A DNA stretch of 38,337 nucleotides from an uncultured Methanomicrobia archaeon. Lineage in GTDB: Archaea; Halobacteriota; Bog-38; Methanoflorentales; Methanoflorentaceae. Within the stretch, counting starts at the first letter, position 1, and every line of letters begins with the position of its first letter. The notes under the pieces were generated by a model, which saw nothing but the letters and a program-made list of their open reading frames with translations, was not told the DNA's origin and searched no databases. The position numbers and the translations under genes are program-made. Positions 16,211 to 25,209 of the stretch are shown piece after piece. Location: assembly GCA_964534635.1 (NCBI GenBank), contig CAZHSW010000099.1, positions 1-38,337 on the forward strand, in the 5' to 3' direction.

Positions 16211-17146
16211 ATGTCGTGGATAAGGCAGAACGCTCACAATTCGCTTTACAAGGCATACGAGCGGCTTTTGGCTAGGGAAGTCCTAGCGGGGCCAATGCCC
16301 CAGCACGTGGCTATAATACAGGACGGGAACCGGCGATATGCGGAAAAAATAGGGGAGCCGCGTGCATATGGTCACGTATGCGGCGCGTTGACGACGGAAC
16401 GCGTATTGCGGTGGTGCCTTGATCTTGGAATCAGACAACTGACGCTTTATTCGTTTTCAACTGAAAATTACGGCCGATCTGAGGGAGAACTCAACGCTTT
16501 GTTCTCTCTCATAGAGCAACGATTTGCCGACCTCTACGAGGAGGAACAAATCTACGAGAAGCAGGTTCGAGTCCGAATGATCGGGGAACGTGATCTGCTG
16601 CCCAAGGGAGTTCTTCAGTCCGTCGAGCGCGTCGAGGAGGTCACACGCGACTTTGATAAGCACCTCCTAAACTTTGCACTGGCCTACGGGGGAAGGCAAG
16701 AGATTGTTGATGTCGTTCGTTCAATCGCTGAGCTCGTAGAAGGTGGCTTCCTGCGCGCCGAAGAAATCACAGAGGATATGCTCACAGGGTTTTTTTACAG
16801 TAATAACGCACTCGACGACGTTGATCTCATAATTCGATCGGGCGGTGAAGAACGAACGTCGAACTTTCTTCCATGGCAGGCGAATGGCAACGAGTGTTGT
16901 TCCTATTTCTGTGCTCCTTATTGGCCTGAATTTCGAAGAATCGATCTGCTCAGAGCCGTGCGCACTTTTCAAGAGAAAGAACAAGAGCGGCGAGAAACTG
17001 TAGTTCAGCGCGTGTTTCTTTTTCTCAACGAGGTTGGCAAGGTCGAAGCAGAAGAGGTCTTCAGGCTGTCAAGAAAGGCGTGTGTAATAACGCGCGACGA
17101 GGTTAAAGATATCCTGAGAGAGCTGGTTCCTAGAATAAGGGCTTGA
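16211..17146 (+). CDS. uppS: cis-Prenyltransferase (undecaprenyl/polyprenyl diphosphate synthase), catalytic-type subunit
   Basis: HVAIIQDGNRRYA, LTLYSFSTENYGRS and IIRSGGEERTSNFLPWQ are canonical UPPS motifs. There is no C-terminal RxG, and a ~50-aa C-terminal extension is present. Confidence 0.9.
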   Translation: MSWIRQNAHNSLYKAYERLLAREVLAGPMPQHVAIIQDGNRRYAEKIGEPRAYGHVCGALTTERVLRWCLDLGIRQLTLYSFSTENYGRSEGELNALFSLIEQRFADLYEEEQIYEKQVRVRMIGERDLLPKGVLQSVERVEEVTRDFDKHLLNFALAYGGRQEIVDVVRSIAELVEGGFLRAEEITEDMLTGFFYSNNALDDVDLIIRSGGEERTSNFLPWQANGNECCSYFCAPYWPEFRRIDLLRAVRTFQEKEQERRETVVQRVFLFLNEVGKVEAEEVFRLSRKACVITRDEVKDILRELVPRIRA

Positions 17147-17154
17147 CCTGATTG

Positions 17155-17748
17155 ATGAGAACGGCGATAATCTTAGCAGGTGGCAAAGGTTCTAGACTCA
17201 ATTTTGCAGAGAAAGCGTTACTTGAATTGCGGGGCAAGCCCATACTGAATCGCATTATAGAGACTCTTTCAAGGTGTGTCGACGAGATTATCGTCGTTGC
17301 GCGGGATGAGGACCAGCAAGGGAGATTGCGTCGAGCCGGCGTCAGGATCGTGCGCGACGAGGTCCGAGGCTTCGGTCCTGTGGCAGGCATCTGTACTGGA
17401 TTGAAGGCGTCGAGCTCGGAATACGCGTTTGTGACAGCGTGCGATATGCCTTTCATTAAGGCAGAGGTCGTCGACCTGCTATTTCGCGAAGCGATAGGGT
17501 ATGATGTCGCCATCCCTTACCCACCGGAACCATTGCACGCTGTATACAAGCGTAAGACGACGATTGATGCTTCAAGAGCGGCGATTCACAAGGGAGAGGG
17601 GGCGATAATGTGCGTCGTTAATTCTCTCTCGGTTAATTATGTGTCAAAAGATGAGATTCGCACAGTCGATCCTGCTTTGTGCTCTTTCGTGAACATCAAC
17701 AGTTTGGAAGATGTCGAAATATTGAACAAAAAGACTCTGTGCGATTAA
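17155..17748 (+). CDS. mobA: Molybdenum cofactor guanylyltransferase
   Basis: AIILAGGKGSRL, GPVAGICTGL and VTACDMPFI are MobA motifs. The start is ATG 17155, with an in-frame TTG at 17152. It lies 8 nt after the uppS stop. Confidence 0.85.
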   Translation: MRTAIILAGGKGSRLNFAEKALLELRGKPILNRIIETLSRCVDEIIVVARDEDQQGRLRRAGVRIVRDEVRGFGPVAGICTGLKASSSEYAFVTACDMPFIKAEVVDLLFREAIGYDVAIPYPPEPLHAVYKRKTTIDASRAAIHKGEGAIMCVVNSLSVNYVSKDEIRTVDPALCSFVNINSLEDVEILNKKTLCD

Positions 17749-17762
17749 CGTGCGGATACAGT

Positions 17763-18809
17763 TTAGTGGTCATCTTCAACAGTTGGCGCGTGGTTAACGC
17801 TCGGTGGTTTTTTTCTCGTCTTAAACAACAAAAACAGCACGGCAGCTAGGATTCCGAAAAAAAGTACAGAGCCGGCGATAGCACTGCCTCCGGCGTAGCC
17901 ATGTAACCCGCTGCTGACGCCGATGTAGGTCTGGAGAAGTGGAAGAACGTAACCTACGCCGAGAAATGTAAACATGACTGACACGAATCCAAATGCAGCG
18001 ATGTATGCCGCAAGAGAACGACTCTGATACTGTGCCCTTACGTGGAGGTATGCTAAGAAAACGAACCAGGTAATAAGTGACCACGTCTCTTTTGGATCCC
18101 AGCTCCAGTAACTGCCCCATGCGGTTTCGGCCCATATGGCGCCGGTCAATATTCCGATAGTGAGCAGTGGAAATCCGACTGCGACGCTTTTGTACGCTAA
18201 ATCATCTAGCTGGCTTAACGTGAACTTATCTAAGACGCCTGTCGATTCAGGCTGTGTTGCGCTTGGAGCGTATTCAGAGCCTTCCGTCTGCCGATAGAGC
18301 TCTTCTGCGGGGCCTTGCTCACTTAATTGTTTGCTCTTAAAGAGGTAAAGGACACTGGCTGTAAACGCAATAAAAAATGCGCAATATGATAAGATAGTTA
18401 TCGGAACGTGTATGAATAGCCAGACGCTCCGAAGAGCAGGAACCAGCGGGGTCGGATTGGTTGGCTGCAACGATGCGAAGCTAAGGACAACAAAAGCCAA
18501 AGGCGCGACAAGGATTCCGACACTTTTGTAATCAGACCCGACGTTCAGCGCTAGATAGGCGGCGACGATCGCCCACGCGAAAAACGACATCACTTCGTAG
18601 GAATTCACCCACGGCGGATAGCCTGCGTAAAACCATCGTAAAGCAAGCGCGACAGTCTGGAAAGCGAATCCGAAGGCGATGAGATTAAACCCCATCTCGG
18701 CGAGATGTCGCTTCCTTGTTGCGAAGTGGAGAATCAAGACTACGGAAGAAATTAGATAAGTTCCCAGTGCAATTTCAAATCCTAAATGTTCGAGAGCGGC
18801 GGCGTCCAC
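17763..18809 (-). CDS. ccsA: Cytochrome c biogenesis protein CcsA/ResC (System II haem handling)
   Basis: It is polytopic and carries the Trp-rich WWD-type motif WAETAWGSYWSWDPKETW. The start is GTG, 39 nt after the ResB-like gene. Confidence 0.88.
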   Translation of the reverse strand: MDAAALEHLGFEIALGTYLISSVVLILHFATRKRHLAEMGFNLIAFGFAFQTVALALRWFYAGYPPWVNSYEVMSFFAWAIVAAYLALNVGSDYKSVGILVAPLAFVVLSFASLQPTNPTPLVPALRSVWLFIHVPITILSYCAFFIAFTASVLYLFKSKQLSEQGPAEELYRQTEGSEYAPSATQPESTGVLDKFTLSQLDDLAYKSVAVGFPLLTIGILTGAIWAETAWGSYWSWDPKETWSLITWFVFLAYLHVRAQYQSRSLAAYIAAFGFVSVMFTFLGVGYVLPLLQTYIGVSSGLHGYAGGSAIAGSVLFFGILAAVLFLLFKTRKKPPSVNHAPTVEDDH

Positions 18810-18848
18810 AGCTTGTGTCCTATATCAAAGCAACGCTATTTCTTCTAT

Positions 18849-19811
18849 CTAGTCGCGTGATTCTGTCTTTGAGCGCAGGTTTTCTAGTTCGGCGCGAAAT
18901 TCATCCACGATCTTAAAAAATCTTATCGAGCTTTTGTTACTTGTCGCTCCTATCAAGATGCCCTCGCTCGACTCTTTGATCCAAATCCTTCTGTGTGACA
19001 GGTAGAGCGACAGCACTATTCCTGCAATCGTCAGCAGGGCACCGCACCAAACGAGCGGTAGTCCTGCATCGCTCTTGATCTGAAATGCGACCCAGCTTAC
19101 TTTTCCAGATTCCATGAAACCATTTGAATCATAACCGTAAAGGGATATAATCAGCCCTTTATGGGTCAGAGGGCTATTCACTGTGATTTCGCCAGTTTGC
19201 ACTTGATTGCTATCGATTAACGTCACTTTCGCCCTATAATCTTGAGCGACTCCGCTCGCGTAGTAACTTACGTTAAACTCGTCAAGCCGTAAGATAAAGC
19301 CATCGACGTGCTGAGATTCGCCCGGAGCCATAACAATCGTGTCTTGAGGGCTCACGTGACCGTAAGCCGCCCCAACAACGACTCCTAACAATAGTACTAG
19401 CACTCCAAGGTGAGCGATAGGGGGTCCGAACCTACCGACCGTGCCTTTTTGCGCGAAGAGGTACGTGTTTTTCGACTTCAGCTCTTCGCGCCATCTAAAC
19501 CCTTTCCACAGTCTTTTTACTTGTGGAATCGTGACGCCAGGGAGGTATGCGTGGTATGGCAAGCTCTGTACGAATTGATCGCTTACTTCGATTTCGGGGC
19601 GCCTGACGTCCCGCCAGATTGGGACAATTCGCATGAGGGTGCACGTTGCGGTTGACAATGCAAAGAGCCCTAGAGGCGCAAGGAAAAGTATGGAGGTGAA
19701 GATTACATCGCCGCCGGGAAAAAGGGTACCGAGGATGCATATAAGGATTAGAACGATTACTATGCCGGCTGCAAATCGGGGCGAACTAAGCAATCTGATT
19801 GCGGCGTTCAT
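18849..19811 (-). CDS. ccsB: Cytochrome c biogenesis protein ResB/CcsB, short form
   Basis: An N-terminal TM (FAAGIVIVLILICILGT), a large soluble loop and a C-terminal TM (LVWCGALLTIAGIVLSLY) match ResB topology. It sits directly upstream of ccsA. At 320 aa it is shorter than bacterial ResB. Confidence 0.7.
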   Translation of the reverse strand: MNAAIRLLSSPRFAAGIVIVLILICILGTLFPGGDVIFTSILFLAPLGLFALSTATCTLMRIVPIWRDVRRPEIEVSDQFVQSLPYHAYLPGVTIPQVKRLWKGFRWREELKSKNTYLFAQKGTVGRFGPPIAHLGVLVLLLGVVVGAAYGHVSPQDTIVMAPGESQHVDGFILRLDEFNVSYYASGVAQDYRAKVTLIDSNQVQTGEITVNSPLTHKGLIISLYGYDSNGFMESGKVSWVAFQIKSDAGLPLVWCGALLTIAGIVLSLYLSHRRIWIKESSEGILIGATSNKSSIRFFKIVDEFRAELENLRSKTESRD

Positions 19812-19933
19812 ACGATTAGCTGGGAATTATGCCGTTCTGACTAAAACGGTTGTTTAATTATATGCTTGCGTTTACTGAGATGACTTTGGAGCGCGGCGCG
19901 CTGCGCGAGTGTGCGGCGCTTTTTCTTGCGTTG

Positions 19934-20572
19934 TTATATTCCGCGTCGCTTCTGCCTTTTCTGATAGTCACGGATAGCCCTGAGCAAATCCATTTTTCTG
20001 AAATTTGCCCAATTCACTTCGGTAAAGTAAAGTTCCGAGTAAACGGCTTGCCATATCAAGAAATCAGTCAAGCGATTCTCGCCGGTTCTTATCAAAAGCT
20101 CAGGTTCTTCCTTAAAGACGAGATGAGAACTAACAGTGTCTTCACAAATGTCATTTGCGTGTAGCTCTTTGTTCTTGACCTTCAATGCTATCGACCGAAT
20201 GGCGTCCACGAGTTCCTTTTTGCCGCCGTAGCCGATCGAAATACGCATTGCCGGCTGTCCTTTTCTGTGTGTAGGCTCTGCACCGTCCGGGGAGTAAATG
20301 TCAGCGGTAATTGAAGTAGTTTTTAGGCAGTCCCTGACTTTTTGGATAATCTTTGCACGTAATTTCTGGTTGATCTCTTCGCCGAGATCCAGCATGTTTA
20401 TGTAAATCGTCACTTGGTCAATCCCTATCTCGCCGCACCACGACGCGAACGTGCTTAGTTTTCTGTATGCTTCTGTGGAATCGAGCTCTTTTTCGGCTAC
20501 CACAAGCGCAATGTGTTGAGGCACTCCTTTGATCAGGGCGCGCAGTCTTTGTTCATAGAGGTTGGAAAGCAT
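19934..20572 (-). CDS. cis-Prenyltransferase paralog lacking catalytic N-terminal motifs (NgBR/Nus1-like candidate partner subunit)
   Basis: LLIRTGENRLTDFLIWQAVYSELYFTEVNWANF aligns with the UPPS C-terminal half, and the protein ends ..KRQKRRGI (RxG). The DGNRR site reads VAEKE and the FSxENxxR block reads YINMLDLGEE. Confidence 0.75.
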   Translation of the reverse strand: MLSNLYEQRLRALIKGVPQHIALVVAEKELDSTEAYRKLSTFASWCGEIGIDQVTIYINMLDLGEEINQKLRAKIIQKVRDCLKTTSITADIYSPDGAEPTHRKGQPAMRISIGYGGKKELVDAIRSIALKVKNKELHANDICEDTVSSHLVFKEEPELLIRTGENRLTDFLIWQAVYSELYFTEVNWANFRKMDLLRAIRDYQKRQKRRGI

Positions 20573-20657
20573 AAGTCAACTGGCATCTCCTAGCATCCGA
20601 GCGATAACGCTATCGTAAATGTAAAGTACTTCAAGCCTGAACTAAAAGCGGGTTAGC

Positions 20658-21953
20658 GTGAACACCGTTGAACTCCGCAGGTTGTTACTTCGCGCGAGCT
20701 TCGGGCTGTTGGCTTTTGCTGTTCCATTTTTAGGGGGTATAGGCTCGCTCTTCCTCTTTTTGTTTTTATCTTTGCTCATAGCCCTTGTCAATCCTAAAAT
20801 GCACGTGTTTATGTTGCTTGCCACAGTCGCTGACCGAAAATCTGAAGTGCTGATCAAACCGTTGGCCCTTACCCTATCTCTAACAGCGCTGTGCGTCTTG
20901 AACGTAGTCTCTAGTTTGCCGCTGTATACAATAAGCGTCGTCATTATAATAGTGACGTTTGCCTACGCTCTTGGTTTCGTCTTTAGACCGTACGGCGCCT
21001 TGACTAGCAGTCTGATCTTCGTTCTGTCCGGCGGTTTTTTTGGGTTTCTTGTCGGAGTAGCGGCTGCTGCTATTACCAATCTAGGCGCTTCCCTCGATTT
21101 CTTGCTTTTCGTTGCCACGATCGGGGCACTCATCGGAGCCTTGTTGATAAACATTCTGCGCGGCGTGGAAGAAAACGTTGTGGTTCCGCTTTGCATCGGA
21201 TTTGCACTGTGGCTATTCAACGGTTTCAACTACTCGGTACCGGTTTTGCGACTGCTGCTGACGTTGCTTTTTATGATCGTCCTCGGTTATGCCCTGTGGC
21301 GGGTGAAATTAGCCGACCTTTCTGGCGTTCTAAGCGGCATTCTGATGGGCGTCTTGATTGTTTCGTTTACAGATTTTCGATGGTTCGTCCTTATCCTCTC
21401 TTTTTTTGTGATTGGCGGTGTTTTCACAAGGTACAAATACGACTACAAGCGCGCAATAGGTATTGCACAAGAGGCTGGAGGAGCGAGAGGATATCGCAAC
21501 GTATTTGGTAACGGACTGGTCGCTCTCATTTGCGCGATTGCATTTGGGATCACAGGCAACACGCTGCTTGTGATCGCGTACGTCGGTGCAATAGCCACTG
21601 CAACTGGGGATACACTGGCAAGCGAGATCGGGCAGACGCACAAGAAGCTTCCGCGATTAATCACGGATCTGAAACGGGTACCGCACGGCACCGATGGCGG
21701 CATAACTACGCTCGGAGAGTACTCTGCGTTGGCCGGATCAGTCGCCATTACAATCATCGCTGCGTTGCTGGGGGTCGCAACTCCGAGCATAATGGTTCCT
21801 GTTATTATCGGTAGCTTCTTTGGAGCGAATGTCGACAGCGTTCTGGGCGCAGTGCTGGAAAGACGACACTACTTGACAAACAGCACGGTAAACCTGCTCG
21901 CAACTGCAGCCGGTGCCATATCTTCTGTCGTTATTTTCTTGTTACTTGCCTAA
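20658..21953 (+). CDS. DUF92 (TMEM19 / VTE6-like, COG1836) integral membrane protein with an extra N-terminal polytopic region
   Basis: The C-terminal ~240 aa shows DUF92 blocks: GARGYRNVFGNGLVA, GAIATATGDTLASEIGQ, GTDGGITTLGEYSALAGS and GANVDSVLGA. The first ~190 aa are additional hydrophobic helices. The start (GTG 20658) is uncertain. Confidence 0.7.
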   Translation: MNTVELRRLLLRASFGLLAFAVPFLGGIGSLFLFLFLSLLIALVNPKMHVFMLLATVADRKSEVLIKPLALTLSLTALCVLNVVSSLPLYTISVVIIIVTFAYALGFVFRPYGALTSSLIFVLSGGFFGFLVGVAAAAITNLGASLDFLLFVATIGALIGALLINILRGVEENVVVPLCIGFALWLFNGFNYSVPVLRLLLTLLFMIVLGYALWRVKLADLSGVLSGILMGVLIVSFTDFRWFVLILSFFVIGGVFTRYKYDYKRAIGIAQEAGGARGYRNVFGNGLVALICAIAFGITGNTLLVIAYVGAIATATGDTLASEIGQTHKKLPRLITDLKRVPHGTDGGITTLGEYSALAGSVAITIIAALLGVATPSIMVPVIIGSFFGANVDSVLGAVLERRHYLTNSTVNLLATAAGAISSVVIFLLLA

Positions 21954-22019
21954 GAACGCGGGGCCATCGTCGGATTGCAGACTGGTCTTACTATTTCCGG
22001 AGCGTCTCGTCCTAGCTTT

Positions 22020-22796
22020 TCAGGTTATTGCTATCTGTTCATTTAAAAGACGCAGAACGATTGCCTCTCGCAAGTTGCTGGAGCAGACATCTGGTGAGCC
22101 TTCAGGTCCAAATCGCACCGAAAATGTGGCGCCTTTTTCGTCCGTTTTTGATAAAAGCACCTCAATGGTATCAGCGTCAATCGCGGCAACCTTCCGAGCT
22201 TCTTCGCTGATGATCTCCTTTGTCATTTCAAAGTCGGCGTTGTAGGCCACGCGAATGTCGAGTCGACACGTAATGGTCGAGTTTGAGTGATTGAAAATGA
22301 CGTCGCTGGTAATCGCTGAGTTCGGAATTATCAAGTGAGCGTCGCGAAGCCTGATAATGGTGTGTCTAAACGTAATATCTTCCACAAATCCAGATTCGCC
22401 GCGCACCGTGACGTAATCGCCAACTCCAAAGGGCTTGGACACAATGATCGCTAGGCCCGCAATCACGTTCGAAATGGTGCTCTGCGCGGCAATACCGACG
22501 ATGATGCCGATGATACTTACACTTGCGAAAAGAGCGACAGAAAGCGAGCGCAGCTGGGGCGTTGAAGAGATAATGAATATCACACCTGCTGCGTAGATCA
22601 GCGCGACTATGAGCCGTTTCAACGCAAGGTATCTGGTTGCGCTCACATTGAGCCTCGCCGCTGCTTGCTTGAAATATCGCTCGAGAAACCTTTCGGCAAG
22701 CTGCGCTACGACAATCGTGGCCGCGCCCAAGAACAGAATTCTAATCAAGATGCCAAATGGCGCGCTGGAATCCAAGAGACTATGTGAAACTAGCAT
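22020..22796 (-). CDS. Small-conductance mechanosensitive channel (MscS family)
   Basis: TM helices are followed by VIAGLAIIVSKPFGVGDYVTVRGESGFVEDITFRHTIIRLRDAHLIIPNS, the MscS beta-domain signature. Confidence 0.85.
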   Translation of the reverse strand: MLVSHSLLDSSAPFGILIRILFLGAATIVVAQLAERFLERYFKQAAARLNVSATRYLALKRLIVALIYAAGVIFIISSTPQLRSLSVALFASVSIIGIIVGIAAQSTISNVIAGLAIIVSKPFGVGDYVTVRGESGFVEDITFRHTIIRLRDAHLIIPNSAITSDVIFNHSNSTITCRLDIRVAYNADFEMTKEIISEEARKVAAIDADTIEVLLSKTDEKGATFSVRFGPEGSPDVCSSNLREAIVLRLLNEQIAIT

Positions 22797-22820
22797 ATGC
22801 TTTGCAGCTCGAGTCGCAGA

Positions 22821-24584
22821 TTATTGTCGTTCCGGGTAGTAATACTCGCCGTCTTTGCGCTGCTTTCGGTCCAACTTGGAGCCAATTTTGTTTACTCTTG
22901 GCCTATGAGTGTCTTCGTCACGCCGGAACGTAATCCCGATATGTTCGAGGAACCTGTTCATTCCCTCGTGCATTTCAAAGGGACCTTCAGCTCTTCCAGT
23001 TCTGCCAGGTTCCCCTGAAAAAACCATTAGCCGTTCGCTCGCTAGGTCGATCATGTAAATGTCGTGATCAACAAGCAGAGTTCCCACCTTTTTGTTCTCG
23101 GTGAACCGCCGAACGAGACTAGTTGCGAGAGCCCGTTGTTCAACATCTAAATGTGCGCTCGGTTCGTCAAGCATAAACAGGTCCGCGTTGCGGCTCAGAC
23201 AGGCAGCTATGGCTACCCGCTGGAGTTCCCCGCCGCTCAGGTTTTTTAGGGCACGATCCAGTATGTGTTCGAGCTGCAGCGGTCTAAGGATTTCTGTGCG
23301 GAAATAACTGGAGTCATATACGTCGGTTAGCGATTTGAGCAGTGAGCGGACGGTCTCGTCGGAGCCGTTTGAGGCTACATATTGTGGTTTGTATGAAGTC
23401 TTGACTGCGACGTCGACGCTTCCTTCATCCGGTTCGATGACTCCAGCGAGAAGTTTTACGAATGTTGTTTTTCCCGTACCATTTGCGCCCATAACGCCGA
23501 TCACGCCTTTTGTAAGCTCTCCGCTGATCGCTTCGAATTTAAAGGAGTTGTAGTTCTTTTTCACGTGTTCCACGTGCACCAGAATGCGCGTGTCGACGTC
23601 GCGGCGCGGTGCGTGGATCTCAAATTTGATCGCGTCAGTTCTGATGCGAACGTTCTCTTCTCGAAGAAATCCGTTGAGATACTGGTTAATCCCGACTCTA
23701 ACTCCTTTCGGACTGGTGACGACGCCGAAGGTTCCTGGTTCCCCGTAGGCTACATACACAACATCAGCGAGCAAATCGAGGATGGCGAGATCGTGTTCGA
23801 CTACGAGAACAGCTTTCTTCTTTGCGAGCTCTCTGATTATTCGCGCGACGTTGACACGCTGATGGATATCGAGGTATGGGGTAAGCTCATCGAAAAAGTA
23901 GAAGTCTGCGTCTCGCGCGACAGTAGCCGCAATGGCCACACGCTGTAGCTCGCCCCCGCTCAGATGGCGTATATCCTGTCTTTCGGCGTTCTGGAGTTCG
24001 AGTTGGTCGAGTAACTCGCGGCCAATCCCGCGGTCGTCGGCTCGGCTAACGAGGTCCGCGACGTTGCCCGAATATCTGCGTGGTATAAGGTCGATATACT
24101 GAGGTTTGCTCGCTGTTCGTAGAGAACCGTCATAAATGTTTTTTAAATAATCGTGCAACTCGGTTCCTGAGTAGTGTTCGAGGACCCTTTCGGCGCTGCT
24201 TTCATTTTCGCCGAAATTTGGCCTGATCACGCCCGTGAGAATGTTAGTAATAGTAGTCTTGCCTATGCCATTAGGCCCTATTATACCTGTCAAGCGGCCA
24301 AGTCGCGGAACTGCAAGCCCGAATAGGGAAAAACCGTTCACCCCGAAACGATGGGTTGGCTGTTCCAGCTCTTCTGGCAAGCTTACGATCGCTATCGCGC
24401 CAAACGGACATTTCTTAACGCAGATTCCGCATCCGACGCACAGCTGTTCGGAAATAACAGGCCGCCCTTCAGGGCCAATGACGATCGTTTCATCGCCTGT
24501 TCTCACCGGAGGACAGAAACGGACACACTCAGTGCCGCACTTCTTGCTGCGACAGCTATCCTTCTTTAAGACCGCTATTCTCAT
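22821..24584 (-). CDS. ABCE1 / RNase L inhibitor homolog (ribosome-recycling ATPase)
   Basis: An N-terminal double 4Fe-4S domain (CGTECVRFCP.., CVGCGICVKKCP) is followed by two ABC cassettes with Walker A GPNGIGKTT and GANGTGKTT and signature LSGGELQR twice. Confidence 0.95.
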   Translation of the reverse strand: MRIAVLKKDSCRSKKCGTECVRFCPPVRTGDETIVIGPEGRPVISEQLCVGCGICVKKCPFGAIAIVSLPEELEQPTHRFGVNGFSLFGLAVPRLGRLTGIIGPNGIGKTTITNILTGVIRPNFGENESSAERVLEHYSGTELHDYLKNIYDGSLRTASKPQYIDLIPRRYSGNVADLVSRADDRGIGRELLDQLELQNAERQDIRHLSGGELQRVAIAATVARDADFYFFDELTPYLDIHQRVNVARIIRELAKKKAVLVVEHDLAILDLLADVVYVAYGEPGTFGVVTSPKGVRVGINQYLNGFLREENVRIRTDAIKFEIHAPRRDVDTRILVHVEHVKKNYNSFKFEAISGELTKGVIGVMGANGTGKTTFVKLLAGVIEPDEGSVDVAVKTSYKPQYVASNGSDETVRSLLKSLTDVYDSSYFRTEILRPLQLEHILDRALKNLSGGELQRVAIAACLSRNADLFMLDEPSAHLDVEQRALATSLVRRFTENKKVGTLLVDHDIYMIDLASERLMVFSGEPGRTGRAEGPFEMHEGMNRFLEHIGITFRRDEDTHRPRVNKIGSKLDRKQRKDGEYYYPERQ

Positions 24585-24609
24585 TCTGACAAGCTCTGTG
24601 ATCGGGATG

Positions 24610-24978
24610 CTATGCTGGCTTATTCAGCAGAATGGTCCAGCTCACAAACCAAAACGCGAAGGTCATAAAAACTAGGAAGAACCAGTCCGTGAAGCGTAAT
24701 TCTTTAGTGTCGATTTTGACGCGGGGTAAGATAATCCTCTGCATGTATATGACTATAAGAAGTATCAAGATGCCATAGGCAGGTAAATAATATGAGAAAA
24801 CCCCGCCGACGATGCCCAGTAGCGAAGACAATAACGTCTTTTTGATGCCTTCGATGTGCTTAATTTGTTTTTCAGATTCCGGCCTTTCATCGGCTTTCGT
24901 GGGAGGCTTTTTTTCAGCCCTACGTTGAGTACCCTTTCCGTCAGTCTTAGAAGCAGCTTCTCTCTCGGTTTTTGGCAT
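24610..24978 (-). CDS. Small membrane protein with a highly charged Lys/Glu-rich N-terminal tail (hypothetical)
   Basis: A 45-aa charged tail (..KTDGKGTQRRAEKKPPTKADERPESEKQIKH..) is followed by 2-3 hydrophobic helices. It ends 25 nt upstream of the ABCE1 start on the same strand. A TATA-like CATATAAG (rc of ~25006-25013) implies a near-leaderless mRNA. Confidence 0.6.
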   Translation of the reverse strand: MPKTEREAASKTDGKGTQRRAEKKPPTKADERPESEKQIKHIEGIKKTLLSSLLGIVGGVFSYYLPAYGILILLIVIYMQRIILPRVKIDTKELRFTDWFFLVFMTFAFWFVSWTILLNKPA

Positions 24979-25132
24979 ATTCTGGCATCAACTAACACTC
25001 AACTGTTCTTATATGTTTTGTGGATTTGTGGCCGCTTGTGAGAGGCGTTGGCGCTGGAACTGATCTGCTCGGCTTATTTGCAATGGGAGCAGGGCGGAGT
25101 CATACGACTCGTAGCTGTGCAACGGAGGTTTT

Positions 25133-25168
25133 ATGTTTGCGCCTAATGATCGTATCAACGAATTGTGA
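25133..25168 (+). promoter_or_regulatory. Candidate 11-codon upstream ORF (MFAPNDRINEL) in the NFACT gene leader
   Basis: GGAGGT at 25124-25129 precedes ATG 25133 by 3 nt. The TGA at 25166-25168 overlaps a GTG (25165) that is in frame with the NFACT ORF (GTGA). Confidence 0.3.
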
Positions 25169-25209
25169 CAGAAGAGAAACGTGTCAAAGAGGCTCGCCTG
25201 AAGACCGTA

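Noticed and set aside
24235-24675. Long antisense 'shadow' ORFs inside confident genes. Examples are 24235-24675 in ABCE1, 13029-13436 in sepS, 8886-9254 in lysK, 11401-11820 in ribB, 31462-31875 in aroK, 35693-36019 in cfbD, 36702-37013 in cfbE and 2198-2647 in nreA.
   Set aside because: Each lies fully within a strongly supported gene on the opposite strand. Each has Ser/Arg/Pro-rich composition typical of antisense frames, and none has translation signals.
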